Shown piece by piece: positions 1-6,619 of a DNA stretch of 24,590 nucleotides (positions are counted from its first letter, which is position 1; the number at the start of each line of letters is the position of its first letter). Source of the stretch: Candidatus Micrarchaeota archaeon (GTDB lineage: Archaea; Micrarchaeota; Micrarchaeia; Anstonellales; Bilamarchaeaceae); the NCBI GenBank assembly GCA_043812915.1, contig JBDRLQ010000013.1, positions 1-24,590 of the forward strand. The letters are read 5' to 3'. The notes under the pieces are model-generated. The model was not told the DNA's origin. It saw only the letters and a program-made list of their open reading frames with translations, and did no database searches. Both the position numbers and the translations under genes were made by a program.

Positions 1-420
1 AAAAAAGATATTAAAGAAGGGATTTCCCTGTTAACTGAGAGAGGCATGCATCCAAGAATAGTTGAAGTAAGCGGAAGCTTATTTGCAACAGAACATTATC
101 CACAAGCAATTTTTGAGGCATTTAAGGAGGTCAATAATTCAGTGAAAAGGAAAAGTAAACTACTTGGGGAAGATGGCGCAAGTCTAATGACAAAGGCATT
201 CAATTCTCGGAATCCAAAACTAAGATTTTCTGAATTAAAAACAAGAACTGAGATTGACGAGCAGGATGGATTTATGCATATTTTTATGGGTTCTATGCTA
301 GGCATCCGTAATCCAAAAGCACACGAAAATATCGTGCAAAAAGACCCAGTAAAAACAATTGAATATTTATCACTTGCAAGTTTGCTTCTTAGGAGAGTCG
401 AGGAAGCTGAGTCCAGATAA
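1..420 (+). CDS. TIGR02391/Ymh-family (HEPN-like) protein, 5'-partial; candidate defence RNase
   Basis: Frame is open from base 1 (KKDIKEGISLLTERG-MHP), so it probably starts upstream of the window. 'HPRI..VS..LF...HY..AIFEAFK.V...V', 'DG..LM..AF' and 'EQDGFMHIFMG....IRNPKAH' match the family; RNPKAH is an Rx4H HEPN motif. Confidence 0.85.
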   Translation, partial: KKDIKEGISLLTERGMHPRIVEVSGSLFATEHYPQAIFEAFKEVNNSVKRKSKLLGEDGASLMTKAFNSRNPKLRFSELKTRTEIDEQDGFMHIFMGSMLGIRNPKAHENIVQKDPVKTIEYLSLASLLLRRVEEAESR

Positions 421-435
421 TTTTCATCAGGTTTT

Positions 436-502
436 TAACCTCTGTCCCGCATCAGTACTGCGTCGGAACTCGAGATTTCGGGGTCTGTACTGTACTAGCT
501 AC
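436..502 (+). repeat. Conserved right-end/subterminal sequence, copy 1
   Basis: 436-472 vs 2013-2049 = 30/37 identical, then shared TCGGGGT; 485-502 vs 2117-2134 = 15/18. Starts 15 nt after the TIGR02391 stop. Confidence 0.9.
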
Positions 503-524
503 GGAGGGCCTTCCTCCTGCATTT
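503..524 (+). repeat. Direct repeat copy 1 (target-site duplication or att core): GGAGGGCCTTCCTCCTGCATTT
   Basis: 21/22 identical to 2135-2156; internal GGAGG-N5-CCTCC inverted repeat. Confidence 0.9.
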
Positions 525-525
525 A

Positions 526-539
526 GTACTTAGTACAGT
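526..539 (+). repeat. Left terminal inverted repeat GTACTTAGTACAGT
   Basis: Exact reverse complement of 2121-2134; the first 11 bp are a 5-1-5 palindrome (GTACT-T-AGTAC). Confidence 0.9.
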
Positions 540-605
540 TCCTACCCGAAAAAGACCATGTGAAGAAAGCTTGATTCTTAATCCTTATTAGCCATAAATG
601 ATAAT

Positions 606-1307
606 ATGAACTGGCTCCACTGGACTGCACTCATATTCTGCACAACCTTCTTTATGGGGTGCTATTCGCCAGAGGTAGGACAACAAATCGGAGAATGCAA
701 AGAACTACCTGAGATTGGAGTCTGTAGCGGTCATGGGCATGGGGCTATCAACTTCGAATGCCGCGAAAGAGACATCTGTCTCCTGAAATTAGCAAAGGAA
801 CATAGTATCTCTCAGCTCTGCTATGAGATCGACCCATCGTACAAAGTCGAGTGTCTGCAGAGTGTAGCTATTAACACGCACAATCCAGGTCTATGTATCC
901 AAGGAGAAGAAGAGAGAGGGGAGGAATATGCTAGGTGCCTTGCTGAAGCATCAGAATACAGTTTATGGAGTTGTGACCGCATCTCCAATCAAGATGTGAA
1001 AAATATTTGCGTTCATGAAGTTGCATTTCAAAATATGGACTATGATTTATGTTCCAAAATACTCGATGACTCATATTCATTAGGACAATGTCAGGTGCAA
1101 ATAAAAAACGGATGTCTACGGAAGTATCTCACAAAGTTTCCAAAGGTACGCTCCTCAATCTGTTTGAACTATTCGAAAACCTACGAAGAGTGCCAGAAGT
1201 TTTATCCGAATACCTGGGAGGAGGTATCATCCTTCTTTAATGAATATCCTGCAGAATACACTGCATACTGCTTTTGGGTAAATGAGCAATGCAATGTTGA
1301 ATGCTAG
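606..1307 (+). CDS. Cysteine-rich secreted/lipoprotein with C-x4-A-x8-C-xx-I-like repeats
   Basis: Hydrophobic N-terminus ending in lipobox-like FFMGC; 20 Cys in 233 aa with about 25-aa periodicity (CLLKLAKEHSISQLCYEI, CLQSVAINTHNPGLC, CVHEVAFQNMDYDLCSKI). Confidence 0.75.
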   Translation: MNWLHWTALIFCTTFFMGCYSPEVGQQIGECKELPEIGVCSGHGHGAINFECRERDICLLKLAKEHSISQLCYEIDPSYKVECLQSVAINTHNPGLCIQGEEERGEEYARCLAEASEYSLWSCDRISNQDVKNICVHEVAFQNMDYDLCSKILDDSYSLGQCQVQIKNGCLRKYLTKFPKVRSSICLNYSKTYEECQKFYPNTWEEVSSFFNEYPAEYTAYCFWVNEQCNVEC

Positions 1308-1332
1308 AGCGCAAACTTAATCACCACAAAAC

Positions 1333-1373
1333 AAAGCTTTAAATATGTGTTAGCACATAATACAAATAGGTGA
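1333..1373 (+). promoter_or_regulatory. TA operon promoter: TATA box TTTAAATA (1338-1345), operator inverted repeat TATGTG-N4-CACATA (1344-1359), SD AGGTGA (1368-1373)
   Basis: Motifs read directly; geometry fits autorepression by an RHH antitoxin. Confidence 0.65.
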
Positions 1374-1377
1374 GAAT

Positions 1378-1599
1378 ATGGTTAACATGACGCTCTCAGT
1401 TCCAGAAGAACTCTACAAAGAGATGATGGCCCACTCAGAGCTCAAATGGAGCGATGTTGCTAGGCAGGCTTTTGAGAAGAAGGTCAGGGAGCTGCATTGG
1501 ATGGACGAAGTGCTAAAGAACAGCAAGATGACAGAAGAAGATGCTGAGAAAATAGGCCACAATGTAAAAGCTAAAATGAGAAAAAGGTTCTCAAAATGA
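1378..1599 (+). CDS. Ribbon-helix-helix antitoxin (VapB-like)
   Basis: MVNMTLSVPEELYKEM...KWSDVARQAF is an RHH pattern; 73 aa; ATGA overlap with the PIN gene. Confidence 0.85.
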   Translation: MVNMTLSVPEELYKEMMAHSELKWSDVARQAFEKKVRELHWMDEVLKNSKMTEEDAEKIGHNVKAKMRKRFSK

Positions 1600-2015
1600 G
1601 GCTTGTTGTAGACACTAACAGAATCATCGCTGCTTTAGTGCGAGACGGAGTTTCTAGGAAAATCATCACCCATTTCGATGGAGAACTAATTACCATTGGC
1701 TTTTCAATAGGAGAATTAGGAGACCATAAGGAAGAGATTCTTAAGAAAGCAAAGATATCCGAAACAGATCTCGAGATGATTCTAAACAAGCTTTTTTCAA
1801 AAATGACTATTCTAGAAGATAAAATAATTGTTCTATACATGGGAGAAGCAACGGATATTATGGAAGATATTGACCCGGCAGATACCCCTTTTATTGCGGC
1901 AGCTTTGGCAACCAAAGCTCCTATTTGGAGTGATGATAAACACTTCAAAAAACAGAACCAGATTGAGATTCTGAATACAAAGGAGCTTGTTGAAATGTTG
2001 AGGCATAAGTTATAA
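1596..2015 (+). CDS. PIN-domain toxin (VapC-like ribonuclease)
   Basis: RLVVDTNRII, DPADTPFIAAAL and IWSDDKHF carry the PIN acidic catalytic residues. Confidence 0.9.
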   Translation: MRLVVDTNRIIAALVRDGVSRKIITHFDGELITIGFSIGELGDHKEEILKKAKISETDLEMILNKLFSKMTILEDKIIVLYMGEATDIMEDIDPADTPFIAAALATKAPIWSDDKHFKKQNQIEILNTKELVEMLRHKL

Positions 2016-2134
2016 ACTCTGCCTCGCATCAGTCCAGCAGCGGAACTCGGAAAAATCGGGGTTCTTCACGAATGAAAAGCATTCGTGGAGGAACTTGAAG
2101 CTCTGCTTCAAGGCTTCTGCACTGTACTAAGTAC
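2013..2134 (+). repeat. Conserved right-end sequence, copy 2, with 54-nt two-hairpin insert; ends in right TIR ACTGTACTAAGTAC (2121-2134)
   Basis: Starts at the PIN stop codon and is homologous to 436-502. Hairpins at 2061-2094 (GTTCTTCACGAATG/CATTCGTGGAGGAAC) and 2094-2112 (CTTGAAGC-TCT-GCTTCAAG). Confidence 0.9.
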
Positions 2135-3709
2135 GGAGGACCTTCCTCCTGCATTTTTTCCGGATTTTCCCCTTCTCTTCCTATGATACGCTATGGCGAA
2201 TCTGTGCGCCTCATCCCTGCACCTCTGCAGCAGCTTGAGGGCCGCGCTGCGCCTTGAGAGGCGCATCGGCCGCATCTTCTGCGGGAGGTAAACCTCTTCA
2301 TCTCTTTTGGCAATGGAAGCCGCCTGCAGCCGTACTCCGGCTTCATCCAGGGCAGAGATGGCAGCATGCAATTGCCCTGCGCCACCGTCAATTAGGACAA
2401 GGTCCGGCATCTGCCCCCCTTCCCGAAGGAGCCTGGAGTATCTTCGCAGAACGACCTCGCGCATCATGGAAAAGTCGTCCTGCCCCCCAACACTCATTAT
2501 CCTGAATTTCCTGTATCCGGACTTGTCCGGCTTCCCGTTGACGAATCTCACCATTGAGCCGACAGAATCTTCCCCGAAAAGGGTGGAGATGTCAAACGTC
2601 TCGATTACTACCGGGTTGTTCGGTAGCCCAAGCTCTTCCTTAAGTTCAAGGATCGCCGGGTCCATTTCCTTCTGCTCAAGCGAAAGCGAGGCTATTTCCA
2701 GCGTCTTCCCCCTGATTCCTGCCGCTTTCCTGAAAATCTCATGCCCAAGGGCGGCATTCAGCTTCTCCATCTGCTTTGGCTTGAGGTTGGAGTACACCCT
2801 TGGTGGAATATCTCCGCTGTAATACTGCAGGCAGAACGCGATCTCGGGCTCTTCCTGGCCCTTTATTTCCAGGCTGTGCCTGATGGATTTTCCGATAACT
2901 CCTGCCTGGCCCCGGAGGATATGTACATGGAGCATGTCCCCGATTATCCCGAGGCATATATAGTCCTCATCCCCCCGTGCCTTCTGCTCAACCCCCTGCC
3001 TCTCGAAGAAGATGCCAAGAGCGTCAATCTGGTCCCTGATGCTGGCCGCGCCCTCAAAGTCCTCCGATGCTGCAGCCTCCCTCATCCTCCTTTCAAGAAT
3101 CCCGATTACCTGGCGGGCCTCCCTCTTGCCTTTCAGGATAAGTGAGAGCGAATCGATATTGGCAAGGTAATCCCCATGGCTTATCTTTCCGGAGCAGGGA
3201 GCGTCGCAGTTGCCAAGATGGTATTGCAGGCACTCTTTTTTGGGCATCTTCGAGCAAATCCTTACCTTGAATAGTTTGCGCAGGTACCTTGCGGATACCG
3301 CCCTCTTGGAGCCTTCTATAAACGGGCCAAACAGGTGCTTTGCCCTTATCCTGAACTTCCCCTTAGAATTCCGTCGCGCGACAAGCAGCCTGGGGAATTT
3401 CTCGTCAGTAATCGCCAGGTATGAAAAGTGCTTGTCATCCTTTAGCACCATGTTGAACCGCGGCTGGTAGTTCTTGATAAGGTTTGACTCCAGGATGAGG
3501 GCTTCCCCCTCATCCCCAGTCACGATGAATTCGATATCCGCAATCCTTTTGACCAGCAGCCTTGTCTTGCCCTCATGCTGCCCGGTGAAGTACTGTGATA
3601 GCCTGTTTCGAAGGGAGTTTGCCTTGCCAACATATATCACTGAGCCATCCGCGTCTTTCATAAGGTAGACGCCAGGGCGCTTTGGATATCTTCCCCCCTC
3701 AAATTCCAT
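2108..3709 (-). CDS. uvrC: Excinuclease ABC subunit C, lacking the C-terminal HhH domain
   Basis: GIY-YIG (PGVYLM...IYVGKA..LRNRL..YF), Cys cluster, UVR domain, RNase H-like domain (ETFDIS, DLVLIDGGAGQL, RDEAHRFA). Confidence 0.96.
   Translation of the reverse strand: MEFEGGRYPKRPGVYLMKDADGSVIYVGKANSLRNRLSQYFTGQHEGKTRLLVKRIADIEFIVTGDEGEALILESNLIKNYQPRFNMVLKDDKHFSYLAITDEKFPRLLVARRNSKGKFRIRAKHLFGPFIEGSKRAVSARYLRKLFKVRICSKMPKKECLQYHLGNCDAPCSGKISHGDYLANIDSLSLILKGKREARQVIGILERRMREAAASEDFEGAASIRDQIDALGIFFERQGVEQKARGDEDYICLGIIGDMLHVHILRGQAGVIGKSIRHSLEIKGQEEPEIAFCLQYYSGDIPPRVYSNLKPKQMEKLNAALGHEIFRKAAGIRGKTLEIASLSLEQKEMDPAILELKEELGLPNNPVVIETFDISTLFGEDSVGSMVRFVNGKPDKSGYRKFRIMSVGGQDDFSMMREVVLRRYSRLLREGGQMPDLVLIDGGAGQLHAAISALDEAGVRLQAASIAKRDEEVYLPQKMRPMRLSRRSAALKLLQRCRDEAHRFAIAYHRKRRGKSGKNAGGRSSVLSTVQKP
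2135..2156 (+). repeat. Direct repeat copy 2, inside the uvrC 3' end: GGAGGACCTTCCTCCTGCATTT
   Basis: 21/22 identical to 503-524; encodes NAGGRSS of UvrC on the minus strand. Confidence 0.9.
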
Positions 3710-3711
3710 GC

Positions 3712-6528
3712 CTATCCCTTCTCAAGAGCCTTTTTCAAATAGTTGCCCGTGTGGGTGCCTGAGCGGGCAATGTTCTGCGGGGTTCCGGCAGCGACAATCC
3801 TGCCGCCTTCATCCCCGCCTTCAGGGCCCAGGTCGATAATCCAGTCCGCGCTCTTGACAACATCCAGGTTGTGCTCGATTACGAGCACGCTGTTTCCTTT
3901 TTCCACAAGCCTTTGGAGGACTTCAAGAAGCTTATTGACATCATCGAAATGCAGGCCCGTCGTCGGCTCATCCAGGACATACATAGTCTTTCCTGTTGCC
4001 CGCTTTGACAATTCGAATGCGAGTTTCACTCTCTGGGCCTCTCCTCCAGAAAGGGTGGTCGCGCTCTGCCCGAGCTTAATGTATCCAAGCCCGACATCGA
4101 CTATAGTCTGGAGCTTTCGGCTTATTGCCGGGATGTTCGCGAAGAACTCAAGGGCCTCATTGACGCTCATATCCAGGACCTCCGAAATGCTTTTGCCTTT
4201 GTACTTAATCTCCAGGGTCTGCGAGTCATACCTCTTTCCCTTGCAAACCTCGCATGGGACATAAACGTCGGCCAGGAAATGCATCTCTATCTTTATCAGT
4301 CCGTCGCCCTCACAGTTCTCGCACCTGCCCTGGGCCACGTTGAAGGAGAATCTGCCAGGCTTGTATCCCCTTGCCTTTGCGTCCGGGGTTTTTGAGAACA
4401 GTTCCCGTATCGGAGTGAAAACCCCGACGTATGTAGCTGGATTCGACCTCGGGGTCCTGCCGATTGGCGACTGGTCCACCGCGATTATCTTATCAAGCTG
4501 ATGAACGCCTTCAACCCCCTTGTGGAATCCTGTCTTGAGCCTCGAGCGGTTCAGGATATTTGAGAGCAGGGGATACAGAGTCTCTGAGATAAGAGATGAT
4601 TTTCCAGAGCCCGAGACGCCCGTTATGCAGGTGAATGCCCTTAGCGGGATATTGGCAGTAACATCCTTGAGGTTGTTTTCCCCAGCCCCAATCAGCTTTA
4701 CGAAACCTGTTGGCACCCGCCTCTCCTTTGGCAGGTGCACGGCTTTTTTTCCTCCAAGATAATCGCCTGTTATTGATTTTTCGTTGGATATGATTTCATC
4801 GATTTTCCCAGTTGCGACAATCTCTCCCCCAAGCCTTCCTGCCCCAGGCCCGATATCTATTATGTGGTCAGCTTCCTGCATGGTCTCCTCATCATGCTCT
4901 ACCACGACAAGCGTGTTTCCCAAATCCCGAAGCCTCTTGAGTGTCCCAAGAAGCTTGGCGTTATCCCTCTGGTGGAGGCCGATTGAAGGCTCATCCAGGA
5001 CATATATAATGCCTGTCAGGTTGGAGCCAATCTGGGTCGCCAGCCTTATTCTCTGGGATTCCCCCCCTGAAAGCGTCGAGCTCTCCCTCCCAAGATTGAG
5101 ATACTTTAGGCCCACATTCTCCAGGAATTCCAGGCGGGACTTTATCTCCTTTAGAATGGGGCTGGCAATCTTTCTCTCCGTATCAGTCAGATCCAGGGAG
5201 TCTGCAAATCCCCTGGCCCCGGATATCTGCATATCACAGACCTCCATTATGCTGCGCTCTCCGACAAGTACTGCCAGCATCTCTGGCTTTAGCCTTTTCC
5301 CCATACATGAGGGGCATTCCTTTTCCAGCATGAATTTTGATATCTCCTTCTTCCTGCCCTCTGATTTTGTCTGGTGGAATAGCCGCTCCAGTTGCGGGAT
5401 AATCCCTTCGAATTCTGATTCATATTCATACGTGGAATTCTTCCCCTCATAAGTGAACTTAATTTTTTTATCAGTTCCTTTTAGCAGGATATCCAGCTTC
5501 TTCTGTGGAATATCCGAGACCGGAACCTTAAGGTCAATTCCATAGCGCCTGGCAACTTCCTTTATCTGGTGCATCCTCCAGCCGCCTTCCATAAGGCTCT
5601 TGTAGCAGGTTATCGCGCCTCTTGAGATTGAAACCGACCTGTCGGGGATAATCAAATCAGGATCGAAATTCATCTTGAATCCTAGCCCATGGCACTCCTG
5701 GCAGGCCCCGAATGGCGAATTGAATGAAAAGTCCCTTGGCTGAATCTCGCCCATTGAAATGCCGTGCTCAGGGCAGGCGTTCTTTCTGGAGTATGCCTGC
5801 TCATTCCCATCGGACCTTGCGATCATTATCCCATTTCCTGTCTTTAGCGCGGACTCTATTGCCTCATGCAGCCGCTCCATACAATCCCCGGTTACTGTCA
5901 TCCTGTCAATTTCAACGCTGATATTGTGCTTGATGTTCTTGTCGAGTTTTGGGAGATCCTCGCTGATATCTGTCTTCTTTCCATCAATATAGAGCCGATA
6001 GAGGCCCTCTTTCCGCAATGCCTGCAATTCCTTCTCATACCTACCTTTTTCCCCCCTTGCAATCGGAGCCATGATCTCGATTCTCCTTCCGGCATATGAA
6101 GAGAGAATTCCGGCTGCAATCTCATCTGTCCCCTGGCTTGAAATCGGCTTCTTGCAGATCGGGCAGTGCGGCCTCCCAATCCTTGCCCATAGAAGCCTCA
6201 TGTAATCATATATCTCGGTCACAGTCCCGACCGTTGATCTGGGATTCCTGGAAGTTGTCTTCTGGTCTATTGATATTGCCGGGGACAGCCCTTCTATGGA
6301 ATCCACATCCGGCTTGTTCATTATCCCGAGGAACTGCCTGGCATAGGCCGAGAGTGACTCGACATACCGCCGCTGCCCCTCAGCATAGAGGGTATCGAAG
6401 GCGAGCGTGGATTTGCCCGAGCCCGAGAGGCCGGTAATCACCGTTATCTTGCCCCTCGGTATCTCTACATCCACGTTCTTGAGGTTGTGCTCCCTTGCAC
6501 CCCTGATGACAATCTTATCACTGCTCAT
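3712..6528 (-). CDS. uvrA: Excinuclease ABC subunit A
   Basis: GAREHNLKNV, TGLSGSGKSTLAFDT, two LSGGE signatures, DEPSIGLH and DEPTTGLH, zinc fingers. Start placed at ATG 6528; the ORF extends to GTG 6555. Confidence 0.98.
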   Translation of the reverse strand: MSSDKIVIRGAREHNLKNVDVEIPRGKITVITGLSGSGKSTLAFDTLYAEGQRRYVESLSAYARQFLGIMNKPDVDSIEGLSPAISIDQKTTSRNPRSTVGTVTEIYDYMRLLWARIGRPHCPICKKPISSQGTDEIAAGILSSYAGRRIEIMAPIARGEKGRYEKELQALRKEGLYRLYIDGKKTDISEDLPKLDKNIKHNISVEIDRMTVTGDCMERLHEAIESALKTGNGIMIARSDGNEQAYSRKNACPEHGISMGEIQPRDFSFNSPFGACQECHGLGFKMNFDPDLIIPDRSVSISRGAITCYKSLMEGGWRMHQIKEVARRYGIDLKVPVSDIPQKKLDILLKGTDKKIKFTYEGKNSTYEYESEFEGIIPQLERLFHQTKSEGRKKEISKFMLEKECPSCMGKRLKPEMLAVLVGERSIMEVCDMQISGARGFADSLDLTDTERKIASPILKEIKSRLEFLENVGLKYLNLGRESSTLSGGESQRIRLATQIGSNLTGIIYVLDEPSIGLHQRDNAKLLGTLKRLRDLGNTLVVVEHDEETMQEADHIIDIGPGAGRLGGEIVATGKIDEIISNEKSITGDYLGGKKAVHLPKERRVPTGFVKLIGAGENNLKDVTANIPLRAFTCITGVSGSGKSSLISETLYPLLSNILNRSRLKTGFHKGVEGVHQLDKIIAVDQSPIGRTPRSNPATYVGVFTPIRELFSKTPDAKARGYKPGRFSFNVAQGRCENCEGDGLIKIEMHFLADVYVPCEVCKGKRYDSQTLEIKYKGKSISEVLDMSVNEALEFFANIPAISRKLQTIVDVGLGYIKLGQSATTLSGGEAQRVKLAFELSKRATGKTMYVLDEPTTGLHFDDVNKLLEVLQRLVEKGNSVLVIEHNLDVVKSADWIIDLGPEGGDEGGRIVAAGTPQNIARSGTHTGNYLKKALEKG

Positions 6529-6619
6529 TTTCTTCTCATCCGTGATTATACCCACCCTAGGAGAATTGGATACTGGTAATAAATTGTGGAAGAAGAGGTA
6601 TTTATTGTTTTTGGGCGGG

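Larger units (their letters stand above)
1..502. mobile_element. Right part of a putative upstream cargo element (element A), ending in degenerate terminal repeat ACTGTACTAGCTAC
   Basis: 436-502 is homologous to the right end of element B (2013-2134). 489-502 matches the 14-bp terminal repeat at 12/14 and is directly followed by the 22-bp direct repeat. Confidence 0.6.
526..2134. mobile_element. Putative non-autonomous TIR-bounded cargo element (element B, 1609 bp) carrying a Cys-rich lipoprotein and an RHH-PIN toxin-antitoxin pair
   Basis: Perfect 14-bp inverted termini (526-539 / 2121-2134) and flanking 22-23-bp direct repeats. Cargo is AT-rich (e.g. 17/60 GC at 1801-1860 vs 40/60 at 2221-2280 in uvrC). 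No recombinase gene inside. Confidence 0.72.

Noticed and set aside
421..485. Hammerhead ribozyme or C/D-box RNA on the minus strand (CTGATGA at 424-430, CGAAA nearby)
   Set aside because: The required stems cannot be built, and the core motifs are not conserved in copy 2.
433..544. Integron attC site (AAC...GTT span after a stop codon)
   Set aside because: TTTTAAC and GTTCCTA do not fit RYYYAAC/GTTRRRY and are not complementary; copy 2 lacks the matching right box. TIR plus direct repeat explains the pattern better.
503..2156. Canonical CRISPR array
   Set aside because: Only two repeats, 1.6 kb apart, and no cas genes in the window. Only the geometry is analogous.
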